Of a stretch of DNA of 64,000 bases, positions 1 through 9,071 are shown piece by piece (positions within the stretch are counted from its first letter, which is position 1; every line of letters begins with the position of its first letter). The stretch spans positions 1-64,000 of the IMG/VR virus record IMGVR_UViG_2595698521_000001. One strand, given 5' to 3'. A program made the position numbers and the translations under genes. Under the pieces are notes generated by a model. The model was not told where the DNA came from and did not search any database. It saw only the letters and a program-made list of their open reading frames with translations. The stretch comes from a virus. Lineage: Duplodnaviria; Caudoviricetes.

Positions 1-549
1 CTACAAGTCCATTAGTACTAATTTCTTACCTTTTACTTTCTTAACTTTAATCTTCTTTCTCTTCTTTTCCGGAATTCGTCTTGCCATTTCTTCCTCTTCT
101 TTTAGTTGTGCTTTTCTTGCCTGTTCTTCTTCGTCATGTTTCTTTAGTCTTGCTTCTCCTTCAATTCTTTCCCGCTCCATTTTCTCCTTTTGAGCTTGGT
201 CACGTTGCACCTGTACGTTTCTGATTAGTTCATAAGGGATTTCTTCTTGCATAACTGCTAACCCTTTGTATCGGCTAAAGAATCGCTTCGTGAAAATACT
301 CCACGCTTCTTCATATTGTTTATCGTTATCATCAAAGAATTTATCCTTACCTTCGAAGTTCTTTTTAGGAACTCGTGCATACCTTACATCTAATAAGAAC
401 ATCCATAATTCTTCTTCCGACTTACCGTTCCATTTCTTCAGCGCAGATTTTAAATCCTTTTCCGTTTTTACCGATTCGATGAATGTATGAGTTAAAGAAT
501 GATAGATAGAGTATTCTTGTGCGACTGCCTTTATATAAAATTTAAACAT
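1..549 (-). CDS. hypothetical protein, charged coiled-coil and Lys-rich C-terminus
   Basis: 182-aa ORF; AAGGAG RBS upstream of ATG; no family recognised. Confidence 0.7.
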   Translation of the reverse strand: MFKFYIKAVAQEYSIYHSLTHTFIESVKTEKDLKSALKKWNGKSEEELWMFLLDVRYARVPKKNFEGKDKFFDDNDKQYEEAWSIFTKRFFSRYKGLAVMQEEIPYELIRNVQVQRDQAQKEKMERERIEGEARLKKHDEEEQARKAQLKEEEEMARRIPEKKRKKIKVKKVKGKKLVLMDL

Positions 550-601
550 TGTATTAGCTCCTTTTTAGTTGGTAAAAGTTGAACGGGAACATGTCCCGCT
601 C

Positions 602-1258
602 TTATTGTACTACTTGTTTATGATGGATGTCAAAGTACTCTGTTTTGACTAATTCCATAACCGAATCATAGTAATACTTCATTGCAATACTTGTTAAATC
701 TTCACCTGTGAAGTAGTTCTTATAAGTATCTTCTTTTCCTTTTTCGTTTGTGAATTTAAATCCGTCTTCATAGTTCTGTGAGTAAAGAAGTATACCGTCT
801 TCTCTTACGATTTGGAATTCTCTCTTATCATAGTTATATATAGAAGAAACTTTCTGCCCGTAAATTTGTCCTACTAAATCCGAAATATGATAGTGAAGTT
901 CTTTCATATGATAGTCCGCAACTGTAACAAGTTTTTTCGGGAATAAGTTTACCAACGTCATTCCATTTTCATAATGATTTCTTGTATGTGCATATCTTAG
1001 TTGTGGGTGATACATACCGAACTCCCACATAATATGATTTATGTATTGTGCATCCGTTCTACTATATCCACCGGAATTGTTTTGCACTACTTTAGAATGA
1101 ATATTTGCATCTAAGATTAATGTACCTTCTCTATATACAGTTAGGTTTCCGTCCAAAATTTCAATAGAAAAAACTACATAACCGTTTTTCTTTTTATAAG
1201 CTTCACCTTCAGCTTTAGCTTTTGCAATCATATTAGATAACCATTGTACTTTTTTCAT
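602..1258 (-). CDS. hypothetical early protein
   Basis: ORF track 602..1342; ATG at 1258 (MKKVQW) has a GGAGG RBS and lies downstream of the promoter at 1307-1335. Confidence 0.7.
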   Translation of the reverse strand: MKKVQWLSNMIAKAKAEGEAYKKKNGYVVFSIEILDGNLTVYREGTLILDANIHSKVVQNNSGGYSRTDAQYINHIMWEFGMYHPQLRYAHTRNHYENGMTLVNLFPKKLVTVADYHMKELHYHISDLVGQIYGQKVSSIYNYDKREFQIVREDGILLYSQNYEDGFKFTNEKGKEDTYKNYFTGEDLTSIAMKYYYDSVMELVKTEYFDIHHKQVVQ

Positions 1259-1306
1259 TTTTAAATTCCTCCAATATTTTGTTTTCGATGTGCTGTTTCT
1301 ACATAT

Positions 1307-1335
1307 ATCGTACATTTTTAGTTGGTAAAAGTCAA
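1307..1335 (-). promoter_or_regulatory. SigA-like promoter overlapping the 14-bp box
   Basis: TTGACT-N17-TACGAT on the minus strand; box TAGTTGGTAAAAGT at 1319-1332 overlaps the spacer and -35. Confidence 0.6.
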
Positions 1336-1354
1336 ATCGCACAAGAAAATCGGT

Positions 1355-1654
1355 TTAGAACCGATAATCTTCAATTTCTTCTATTATTAGTGAATCTTCC
1401 ATTAACCATTTCCCTGCGACCTGCTTGAACGTGATACCATCTTCTAAGAAGAAATCCCAAACCTGCTCGGTTGTGAAGAAATCCACCGTGAAGTTATGCT
1501 CCATGCAAAAGATCACCACGTTATAGAGAGCTTCACTTTTATTTCTACCGTAAACGATGTACGTTGTTTGTGCTTGTGGGTGCAACTGGACACTAAATAC
1601 TTTGTCGAAGTTTGCGGGATTATTAATTTCAATAGGAATATATAACATTATCAT
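1355..1654 (-). CDS. hypothetical protein (probable paralog of 1708..2028)
   Basis: 99-aa ORF with GGAGG RBS; YIVY..E.AL motif shared with neighbour. Confidence 0.65.
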   Translation of the reverse strand: MIMLYIPIEINNPANFDKVFSVQLHPQAQTTYIVYGRNKSEALYNVVIFCMEHNFTVDFFTTEQVWDFFLEDGITFKQVAGKWLMEDSLIIEEIEDYRF

Positions 1655-1707
1655 TACCTCCGGTTGTGGTTTTACTAACTAAAATCAGTGGAAAAAGAAA
1701 AGCGGGA

Positions 1708-2028
1708 TTAATCTTCCCGCTTTGTGATTCTTAGGTACGCTGTACAAACATAATAGCGTCCCTCGTTTCCTGCTGATACATAGTCGTCTATATCATCGTT
1801 CCACTCTTCTATGATTTCCCTAGTGTATAAGAGTCCTGTTTCTTCTCTAGCTACTAAGAAGTCAATCAGAGCGTCTAGTGCGTCCTGCTCGCAGTTCGCA
1901 TAAACGATGTAATCCATCTTGTCGTTATGGTAGTTGATAATGTAACTCGTATCAAAATACTCGATGTCGTTTGGATTAACAAAAGTGAAGTCTACGTTCT
2001 CAATATAAGTCATAAGAAATCTCTCCAT
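1708..2028 (-). CDS. hypothetical acidic protein
   Basis: 106-aa ORF; YIVYANCEQDAL motif. Confidence 0.6.
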   Translation of the reverse strand: MERFLMTYIENVDFTFVNPNDIEYFDTSYIINYHNDKMDYIVYANCEQDALDALIDFLVAREETGLLYTREIIEEWNDDIDDYVSAGNEGRYYVCTAYLRITKRED

Positions 2029-2183
2029 TCAATATATAGTTTTCAAAGGTCATGTAGGGACATCCCCTACAAGAAATACTTTACAGGATAAGTTGGTAAA
2101 AGTAAAGAAAAACTTTTGTTTCACGTGAAACATGTTAATTTTAGTTGGTAAAAGTAAAAAGGCAGGGAACAAGTCCCCACCTT

Positions 2184-2423
2184 CTAAAGTAACGTTAATG
2201 ATTGTACCTCGTCTAAGAATATTTCTTCTGCATCATCGTTGTACGGAGAAGAAAGAATAAGTTTACCTTGATACATACTTCCGTAGTCGTGTACTCGGAA
2301 TGCATCGAATATGATACCTGTCTTTGTTGTCCCATCCGTCATCTGCAACTGCGCCTTTAAATGTTTCTTCTGCGCTAAAAAGTTTAATGTACCTTCTAAT
2401 GTATTAATGTTTACTGTTAACAT
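2184..2423 (-). CDS. hypothetical protein
   Basis: 79-aa ORF with GGGAG RBS. Confidence 0.6.
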   Translation of the reverse strand: MLTVNINTLEGTLNFLAQKKHLKAQLQMTDGTTKTGIIFDAFRVHDYGSMYQGKLILSSPYNDDAEEIFLDEVQSLTLL

Positions 2424-2458
2424 ATAACCACTCCCGCTTTTTATTATTTTCCGGAGAA

Positions 2459-2536
2459 GTGTCGGTTCTCCTATATATAGAGAAGAGGCAACAAACCTGC
2501 CTTATTGGTATTCTCTATATATAGAGTAATCGACAC
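2459..2536. repeat. long imperfect inverted repeat containing two CTATATATAG palindromes
   Basis: GTGTCGGTTCTCCTATATATAGAGAA ... TTCTCTATATATAGAGTAATCGACAC arms with an inner AGGCA/TGCCT stem. Confidence 0.7.
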
Positions 2537-2617
2537 CCACCGTCTTTCCCCTGCTACACCTATATAATTTCCTACCTGCACCTTTTCCCACCTGCGATTC
2601 TGCTTCTACCAAGTAAA

Positions 2618-2836
2618 TTATACGATTAACCATGAATATAACACTAAAACTGCGTAACCAAGAAGAATGAAGCTTCCAACTTGCAACACCTGCGTAACGG
2701 GTTTCCGGAGTAAAGTGTCTGCCTTTCTATATATAGAGACTAACACACCTAATGTATCTAATAACGCATCGTTACCTGTGTAATTCTCATCAAATTCTCT
2801 CTTCTGCATTGCCTTTTCTACTAGTTTCATAGTCAA
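2618..2836 (-). CDS. small protein with C-terminal transmembrane segment
   Basis: 72-aa ORF, hydrophobic C-terminus, directly downstream of a consensus promoter. Confidence 0.6.
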   Translation of the reverse strand: MTMKLVEKAMQKREFDENYTGNDALLDTLGVLVSIYRKADTLLRKPVTQVLQVGSFILLGYAVLVLYSWLIV

Positions 2837-2862
2837 TTCCCCTCTCGTTTCCTTCTGATTTC

Positions 2863-2891
2863 ATTATATCATAGTTGGTAAAAGTGGTCAA
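2863..2891 (-). promoter_or_regulatory. strong SigA-like promoter with the 14-bp box in its spacer
   Basis: TTGACC-N17-TATAAT with extended TG; spacer ACTTTTACCAACTATGA. Confidence 0.8.
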
Positions 2892-3285
2892 AACCGTTAC
2901 TTTTACTAAGTAAGGAGCAGGATACCCTATTTTCCCTACCATACCCACAAAACCACAAGTGAAACCCTCGCACGAGAGCCACTAGGAAACCCTATGTTAG
3001 TCGTAGCTTTTATCTATACTTCTCTCTATATTCTCTATATATGTTACGTTATAGTCCATACTTCGTCCCGCGCCATTTCTCCCCTTTCAGCGTTCGGGGA
3101 TATTTTAGGGTGTTATTTTGCGGTATTAAGCGGTACATAAAAAGGGTAGTCGTCTTTATTCCACTTTTACCAAGTATAAAGTAACGGTTTATATAATAAA
3201 AGAAAAGAGCTTACTAACCCTTGTATTTTAAAGGTTTTCAGCTCTTTCACTATTACCAACTAAAATGTACGTTATTCCTTATAAA

Positions 3286-3597
3286 TTAAAGGTTTTCAGT
3301 ACTTTTCGTATTTATAAGATGATTTTGGTAGTCTTCCCTTGCTTGTGCAATACCACTAATGTTGGGAGATGAAGAAGATAATCTACCTGTTTGTGTTCCT
3401 CTTGTATTAATAACACTTCCATTAGCCATTAACATATATCCTTTATGGTCTAATGCATCGTTATCTTTTAAGTGTGTTCTTATACCTAGTCTTACTTCTA
3501 ATTCTAATATCTCTTCCGGCGAAATATTTCCGATACCAAGTGCGCAGTTCTTTACTTTACTCATTAGTTGTCTATTACTCATTTCCCTTACTTTCAT
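3286..3597 (-). CDS. hypothetical protein
   Basis: 103-aa ORF in a coupled minus-strand run; contains GTQTGRLSSSSPN, like the PolA TGRLSS motif. Confidence 0.6.
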   Translation of the reverse strand: MKVREMSNRQLMSKVKNCALGIGNISPEEILELEVRLGIRTHLKDNDALDHKGYMLMANGSVINTRGTQTGRLSSSSPNISGIAQAREDYQNHLINTKSTENL

Positions 3598-3772
3598 TAC
3601 GTATCACCATCGCTTCCCGCATTCTTTCCAACATTTCATTCCGCATAACTTCTAACTTCCATGATGGAGTACCGGAGTTACATCTAACACATCTGTAAAA
3701 CTCGTTGTTGTAAGTATCCATTAACTCATCACTATCTAGTTCTTTCAACCGTTCTTGTAGTGGTTTAGGCAA
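3575..3772 (-). CDS. hypothetical protein
   Basis: 65-aa ORF overlapping both neighbours. Confidence 0.5.
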   Translation of the reverse strand: MPKPLQERLKELDSDELMDTYNNEFYRCVRCNSGTPSWKLEVMRNEMLERMREAMVIRNESKGNE

Positions 3773-4172
3773 TTAATTCAGCGCCTTTCTCCATATACTT
3801 TACTGCCATGTACTTAACTAAACTGTAACGTGTATGGTCAACTTGGAAAGGTAACACCTCATCATAGTCTATCTGATTTAGTAGGAACTCATCTCTCCAA
3901 TCAAGACTAAGAAACTTATCCTTTACCTTTGCTTGCAGTTCTTTAATTAACTCTACTAGCCTATCACTAGTAATCTCTTTGATGTAAGTAAGGTTTTCTA
4001 TATGCTTCTTGAACTCCATTACTACCATGATGTTCTCTGTATGCATTCTTCTTTCCGTTTCTATCCGCATAATTTGTGCATACTCCTTAGGAACTGGGAG
4101 GTTAAAGTAAACCTCCGCAAGTTCATTAGGGTCTAAATCCAGTAACATTTCCGTAAATTGATATTTATTCAT
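3765..4172 (-). CDS. hypothetical protein
   Basis: 135-aa ORF, translationally coupled. Confidence 0.6.
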   Translation of the reverse strand: MNKYQFTEMLLDLDPNELAEVYFNLPVPKEYAQIMRIETERRMHTENIMVVMEFKKHIENLTYIKEITSDRLVELIKELQAKVKDKFLSLDWRDEFLLNQIDYDEVLPFQVDHTRYSLVKYMAVKYMEKGAELIA

Positions 4173-4557
4173 CTGTATTTCCCACCTTTACAAACAACTC
4201 TTCTACTGGAACTATTGGCTCTTTTGGTTCTTGTAACTTTCTATCGGCACGGGACCAACTATTTACTACTGCACGAGCATTCAATATATGGAATTCTGTT
4301 ACCTTTGCACTAAACTGTTCATTGTTTCTTTCTAGATGTTTTAAGTTATCATAAATAGTTCTACCGATTCCCATAGTCTCTACTCTAATTAAATCAGCAT
4401 TACCTAACTTTGCTAAATCAATAACGTTTTGTGTGATTTCGCTTGCGTTTAATCCTTCCCCACGATAGCTACGAACACCTACTTCTTCCGGCTTTTCGGT
4501 GTCAGTAAGAATAACAGTAGTTTCATATGCTCCTGCATCGACAATTATTGTGCGCAT
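4165..4557 (-). CDS. hypothetical protein, possible RNase H-like fold
   Basis: IIVDAG...IRVETMGIGRTIYDNL resembles terminase nuclease-domain motifs. Confidence 0.55.
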   Translation of the reverse strand: MRTIIVDAGAYETTVILTDTEKPEEVGVRSYRGEGLNASEITQNVIDLAKLGNADLIRVETMGIGRTIYDNLKHLERNNEQFSAKVTEFHILNARAVVNSWSRADRKLQEPKEPIVPVEELFVKVGNTDE

Positions 4558-4877
4558 TAAGAATACACCTTCTCTACGATGTTTAGATTTCTTGTTAATT
4601 TATGTACGTCTATGATGTTTGCTACATAATCAAATACCGGTTTCATTTCTTGGTCTTGCTCAATGATCACCATGTTATGTTTCTTACCTACGTATCCTAA
4701 AACTTGCTCCGCTACAATATGCACATCTGATTCTGAAGTTAATGGAGTTACTGGGACTGTTTTAATGATTTTAGAACCATTTTCCTCAAATCTTTCGATT
4801 ACGATAAGTCTTCTTCCGTAAAGGTTTACACCTTTTATCATTGTGATTTTCATATTAGTTGAAACTCCCTTCATCAT
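4557..4877 (-). CDS. hypothetical protein
   Basis: 106-aa ORF, coupled; start may be a later ATG (MKIT). Confidence 0.55.
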   Translation of the reverse strand: MMKGVSTNMKITMIKGVNLYGRRLIVIERFEENGSKIIKTVPVTPLTSESDVHIVAEQVLGYVGKKHNMVIIEQDQEMKPVFDYVANIIDVHKLTRNLNIVEKVYS

Positions 4878-5169
4878 GCATACTTACATCAACACCGGGT
4901 ACTGTATAATCGAATTCTTCGTAGATTTCCACGGGCTTTTTCTCTCCTGCATCAACAATAACTCCATGAACAAGGCGTGGTTCTTCACCTGGTCGTAAAG
5001 TGCGGTTGAAATATTCAACTGTTAATTCAGCCATAGCTACTAAATCAGCATGCGTTGCACTTTTCGGGACAGGAATTAAAGTTCCCGATACATTACGGTA
5101 ATGTGTGAATTCCTCATCTCTTACTTTAGTTGCACCTACTGCACGAGTTTGTAAAGTTACTTTTGACAT
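4855..5169 (-). CDS. hypothetical protein
   Basis: 104-aa ORF with GAGG RBS. Confidence 0.6.
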   Translation of the reverse strand: MSKVTLQTRAVGATKVRDEEFTHYRNVSGTLIPVPKSATHADLVAMAELTVEYFNRTLRPGEEPRLVHGVIVDAGEKKPVEIYEEFDYTVPGVDVSMHDEGSFN

Positions 5170-5170
5170 A

Positions 5171-5647
5171 TTAATCTACCTCTTTCCCATTTATAATTGT
5201 TTTAGATTTTGTCCCTTCTCCCGCTAAATCCATCCCAACGCAGAAATAACCTTGCAGATACTTTGCTTTAATATCATGTATAAATGATTCCATTCTTCTT
5301 TTGTTAAACTTGTACAGCCTATTGCTTGTTAATGCGGGTCTTTCAATAGTTAGTGTATTATCCCCAATACTTAGATAACCTTCGCTATCAAGAGGTCTAT
5401 CATAGTATGAATAATAATCCGATGAATCACTATCCGCAACTCTTGGTTCTAAGTTACTCCACGCTTTATTTGCCACTTCTTCTAGATATACAAGTAGCTC
5501 CATGAATTCAATCGGGTCAAACTTAAACTTGAATGTGAATACCTCTTCTGCATTGTGGCTTGTCCCAAATACTACTGAAGATTTATTACTGCTAATAATT
5601 AATTGTTGCCCGCTTTTATCTGTAAATGTTCTAATATCTTGTGGCAT
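5171..5647 (-). CDS. hypothetical protein
   Basis: 158-aa ORF with AAGGAG RBS. Confidence 0.65.
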   Translation of the reverse strand: MPQDIRTFTDKSGQQLIISSNKSSVVFGTSHNAEEVFTFKFKFDPIEFMELLVYLEEVANKAWSNLEPRVADSDSSDYYSYYDRPLDSEGYLSIGDNTLTIERPALTSNRLYKFNKRRMESFIHDIKAKYLQGYFCVGMDLAGEGTKSKTIINGKEVD

Positions 5648-5685
5648 GGCTTTTCTCCTTTAAAGTAAGAGGGGAAGTCCCCTCC

Positions 5686-6054
5686 TTATTTTACGCTACC
5701 ATTGAATATGAATACTGATATGATGATTAAGAATACTGCAATTAAAATCGGCATAAAAGCCTTTAATAGAATGCTTGATAACTTATCCCACTTAGGACTA
5801 CTAGTGAATAGTAATCTTCGTCCCCACTTAATAGAGTCGGGGTCATTACAGTGAATAATACGTACATCACTGAAGCCTAAACGCTTTAAGTCTAATTGGC
5901 ATATCATATGGTCAATTGGTAATGCATCATCGAAATGACCGAACAATCTAGCTATTAGAATGCTCTTATCTTCTGAATGTAAATCAAAGTCCACATACAC
6001 TTTCCGGCTTCTTCCCTCGTTTGCTATGACTCTGAAAATCCTTTGTTCTAACAT
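5686..6054 (-). CDS. hypothetical protein with C-terminal membrane anchor
   Basis: 122-aa ORF; hydrophobic C-terminal helix. Confidence 0.6.
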   Translation of the reverse strand: MLEQRIFRVIANEGRSRKVYVDFDLHSEDKSILIARLFGHFDDALPIDHMICQLDLKRLGFSDVRIIHCNDPDSIKWGRRLLFTSSPKWDKLSSILLKAFMPILIAVFLIIISVFIFNGSVK

Positions 6055-6058
6055 GTTA

Positions 6059-6916
6059 TTAACCTCGCACTACTACATCATGATTCTTGTAATCTCGTAC
6101 CATTTTATCATTCATCTTTTTAACTGCTAATCTCTCAATATGGTATTCCATTGCTTCCTGTGCAAATTCCCACAACATAGTACGACATAATTCATCAACC
6201 GAATTCTTCATGTACTTCTCACGGACTGCTTCAACTTCTTTAAATAGTGTGTCTAGCTTTACAGCTATATCATGCAGTTCATATTCACCATCACGAATCT
6301 TGAACATTTCCTCTTTCGCTTCATCCGAAAATTGGATAGCATGACCGAATGAAGTGAATCCATTACGTGCGAATGTGCTTACTGTCATAAGAATACGAGC
6401 GCATCCAACTACAGCTTTTGTATTGTACCCGTACTTATAAAACATGTGTTGAGTATCCGGAGTAGGGTTTTCTATGCGCTTGAAGTATGACTTAGCTGTA
6501 CCGATTGCAGAATCAAAGAATCTAGGTAAATTCATGCGGACAATATCATGACGCATTTCTAGTAATCTAGTTACCCACGGATTGTCATAGTATCGAATAT
6601 CCGTAGAAAATAAGAGTTCAAGGGTAGTAATGTTTTGTTTGTCTAGCATAAGTGGGAAGTCTCTAAAGTCCTTCACTTCAATTGTTAATCCATAATTTCG
6701 CTGTACCATTTTATCTTTAAATACTTGTTTCTTGAAAAGGTCTTCCATAGTTGGCATTGCATATAATACATAATCAAAATCAGAACCAGGTCTATCTAAG
6801 TTATAATTCTGACTTCCCTTTAAAGCTAAGAATCCCGTTGTGTGACCTAATTGCGTTGGGTTACTTAATAAGATATCCATTCCGTGCGGTAATACTAATT
6901 TCTTTCTTAATCCCAT
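6059..6916 (-). CDS. nucleotidyltransferase, Pol-beta superfamily (RlaP/YcgL-like)
   Basis: GSQNYNL...SDFD motif (GS-x-Y...SDxD) and NITTLELLFS. Confidence 0.8.
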   Translation of the reverse strand: MGLRKKLVLPHGMDILLSNPTQLGHTTGFLALKGSQNYNLDRPGSDFDYVLYAMPTMEDLFKKQVFKDKMVQRNYGLTIEVKDFRDFPLMLDKQNITTLELLFSTDIRYYDNPWVTRLLEMRHDIVRMNLPRFFDSAIGTAKSYFKRIENPTPDTQHMFYKYGYNTKAVVGCARILMTVSTFARNGFTSFGHAIQFSDEAKEEMFKIRDGEYELHDIAVKLDTLFKEVEAVREKYMKNSVDELCRTMLWEFAQEAMEYHIERLAVKKMNDKMVRDYKNHDVVVRG

Positions 6917-6955
6917 GTTAATTCCTCCAATAGTTACTGTAATAGAAGGGAAGAC

Positions 6956-7402
6956 TTATCTTCCCCGTTTTCTTCTAAATACCTTCTTCTTGCGGTTTTG
7001 TTTAATCTCTAAAGCATTAGAACTCACGTTATCCGCAATTTCTTCATACTCGATAGCTTCTTGAATGAACCTATCAAACGCTTGAAGTATTTCATCATAT
7101 TTCTCTTCAGAAAGATCACCTAAATCATTGTACGTATTTAGGGTGCTTGTAATGTTATTAAACACTGTTTGCACATTAACAACATTCTTGTAAGTATTAC
7201 GACTATAGAAAGCGTCATCTCTTACCTTGAATCCTTCATTTACATAACGGGAAGGATGAATTCCTGTAATGACAGGCTCACGTCTTAAACCATCTTCTAA
7301 AACGATTACTTGTCTTCCTCCGTTATTTGTATCTTGCATTAGTTTAAATACTTTTGTGTTCGACATTTTTGTCAGCTCCTTTCCGTGCTTTAAATATAAC
7401 AT
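6956..7402 (-). CDS. hypothetical protein
   Basis: 148-aa ORF; true start probably MSNTK after AAGGAG, downstream of the promoter at 7393-7421. Confidence 0.65.
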   Translation of the reverse strand: MLYLKHGKELTKMSNTKVFKLMQDTNNGGRQVIVLEDGLRREPVITGIHPSRYVNEGFKVRDDAFYSRNTYKNVVNVQTVFNNITSTLNTYNDLGDLSEEKYDEILQAFDRFIQEAIEYEEIADNVSSNALEIKQNRKKKVFRRKRGR

Positions 7403-7421
7403 AGTTGGTAAAAGTGGTCAA
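7393..7421 (-). promoter_or_regulatory. SigA-like promoter with the 14-bp box in its spacer
   Basis: TTGACC-ACTTTTACCAACTATGT(17)-TATATT. Confidence 0.75.
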
Positions 7422-7461
7422 ACTCACTACTTTTACAATATTACCATTGTGCTTTTACTAC

Positions 7462-7590
7462 CTATAGGGATTTCTCTGCTATATACTCCCAACATGGTTC
7501 ACAATACCATTCTCGAAAAACTCTACTATACTGAAGCTCTTGGTCTTCTCTATCACATGATTCACATTGACCAACTTTTGTTTCCGGCAT
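7462..7590 (-). CDS. small Cys-rich (CxxC...CxxC) protein, below the ORF-track cutoff
   Basis: hand translation MPETKVGQCESCD...YCEPCWEYIAEKSL; GGAGG upstream. Confidence 0.55.
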   Translation of the reverse strand: MPETKVGQCESCDREDQELQYSRVFREWYCEPCWEYIAEKSL

Positions 7591-7591
7591 A

Positions 7592-7816
7592 TTAATCCCT
7601 CCATTTCGGTTTAATCCATCCTCCGATGTTTGGAACTCTACAAGAATATCCGATTCCTATTCCATAATGTTGTATATAGTACAACTTACACTTCTTACAT
7701 TGCCATAAATTTTGCTGTGAACAATTATGGTCTGCTATGTGCTTATAATCATGAGTACAAAAGAACTGTCTAATTCTTCCCACGTTATTTCCTCCTTCTG
7801 CGCATATCAATACCAA
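7592..7816 (-). CDS. small Zn-ribbon-like protein
   Basis: FFCTHDY...WQCKKC; probable GTG start after AGGAGG. Confidence 0.55.
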   Translation of the reverse strand: MVLICAEGGNNVGRIRQFFCTHDYKHIADHNCSQQNLWQCKKCKLYYIQHYGIGIGYSCRVPNIGGWIKPKWRD

Positions 7817-7883
7817 TATAGATATTTACTGCAAGCAATAACAAGCAAGCTCCTAAGTTAATCCAACTCATAACTTCGCTCAT
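7785..7883 (-). CDS. 32-aa single-pass membrane peptide
   Basis: hand translation MSEVMSWINLGACLLLLAVNIYIGIDMRRRRK; GGAGG RBS. Confidence 0.55.
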   Translation of the reverse strand: MSEVMSWINLGACLLLLAVNIYIGIDMRRRRK

Positions 7884-7911
7884 AATTTCCTCCCTATAAA
7901 GAAAAGAGCCT

Positions 7912-8016
7912 TTATCGGCTCTTTCTCTCGTTGTAGATATTTATTACTCCGGCAATAGCTGAAGCACCAATGAAGATTAATGTAACTATACTAAGTGAAT
8001 AGGCTAAGTTCTCCAT
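7912..8016 (-). CDS. 34-aa single-pass membrane peptide
   Basis: hand translation MENLAYSLSIVTLIFIGASAIAGVINIYNERKSR; coupled to the dUTPase stop (TAATG). Confidence 0.5.
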   Translation of the reverse strand: MENLAYSLSIVTLIFIGASAIAGVINIYNERKSR

Positions 8017-8579
8017 TACTTCCCTGTGCTTCCGCTTGTATCTTTACGTTCCGCTTTTTCAGTGTCCCCATCACCATCTACGAGTAGGAACTTTTGGAAT
8101 ACACCTTGTCCAATTCGTTCACCTTTTTTGATTTCTTTTGGTAGTAATCCAAAGTTATAGAATTGGAAAGCAATTTCTCCTTCATTACCCGGATTGTTGT
8201 AGTAATCCGAATCAATAACTCCTACACCGTTTGATTGGATTAAGAAGTTTTTAAGCGGGTTAGAAGAACGGTTATGAAGCATTAATACTTCATCTTCTTG
8301 CATATATGCTTTAACCCCTGTATGAACTAATTTCGGTGCGATTGATTGCTTAACTGCTTCAACTACTGATTGGTCTTGTGTGAAGATTAAGCTAATAGCA
8401 TTCTTCATGCTTGCCCAAAATGGAGGGATAACAATATCGTGTCCTGCTTCAAAATCATATCCTGCCGCATTAGTAGTCATGCGTACTGGAAGGTTAATTT
8501 CTGCATCTTTGAAATCCTCTACTACTTCGAACCCGCGAACTTTTTGTACTTTAGATGTTTTAGCTTTTACTCTTGCCAT
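8016..8579 (-). CDS. dut: dUTPase (trimeric type)
   Basis: AAGYDF, RSS, GVIDSDYY, GERIGQG and a motif-5-like RKDTSGSTG. Confidence 0.92.
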   Translation of the reverse strand: MARVKAKTSKVQKVRGFEVVEDFKDAEINLPVRMTTNAAGYDFEAGHDIVIPPFWASMKNAISLIFTQDQSVVEAVKQSIAPKLVHTGVKAYMQEDEVLMLHNRSSNPLKNFLIQSNGVGVIDSDYYNNPGNEGEIAFQFYNFGLLPKEIKKGERIGQGVFQKFLLVDGDGDTEKAERKDTSGSTGK

Positions 8580-8685
8580 TGTTTGTTTGCTCCTTTTCTT
8601 TACATGATTTACATGGTTTATCTAATAAATAATTGAACTGACTAGTTTGCTTACCACATACTGAACACGGATAATCCCTAGTCAT
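8560..8685 (-). CDS. 41-aa Zn-finger peptide
   Basis: hand translation MTRDYPCSVCG...PCKSCKE; ATGA overlap with the upstream gene. Confidence 0.5.
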   Translation of the reverse strand: MTRDYPCSVCGKQTSQFNYLLDKPCKSCKEKEQTNNGKSKS

Positions 8686-8954
8686 AGTAATTTTACTCCC
8701 TGCTCTCGCAGAGTGTACATAGTATCAACTAAGCCTAATGACTCTAATACTAGTCTTCCTTTGAACTTAGGCTCATAGAAAGTTACATTTGCGTATGCAT
8801 CAACCGAGAATACTCTTAGAAATGTTACATCTTCGGGAAGTTGTGCTAAATGCTCAACAACTGTTTGCGGAGATGTGAACTTTTTCATTGTTTCTTTTTG
8901 AGTAACATCTTTGTTGTGCTTAGTTACTACGAAAAATTGTTCTACCTTATCCAT
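8682..8954 (-). CDS. hypothetical protein (possible paralog of 34622..35113)
   Basis: 90-aa ORF with AAGGAGG RBS. Confidence 0.65.
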   Translation of the reverse strand: MDKVEQFFVVTKHNKDVTQKETMKKFTSPQTVVEHLAQLPEDVTFLRVFSVDAYANVTFYEPKFKGRLVLESLGLVDTMYTLREQGVKLL

Positions 8955-9071
8955 GCTACGGTGTCCTCCTTTGAGATTGCTAAGTTACGAGTTTTATTGT
9001 CTTACATAAAAGCTGAAAAGTCAAGATAATAAAGGATTTACAGTTATGAAGAGAGCCGAAGCTCCCTCACA

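Noticed and set aside
566-3262. 14-bp boxes as a CRISPR array
   Set aside because: The repeats are too short, irregularly spaced, in both orientations and separated by genes.
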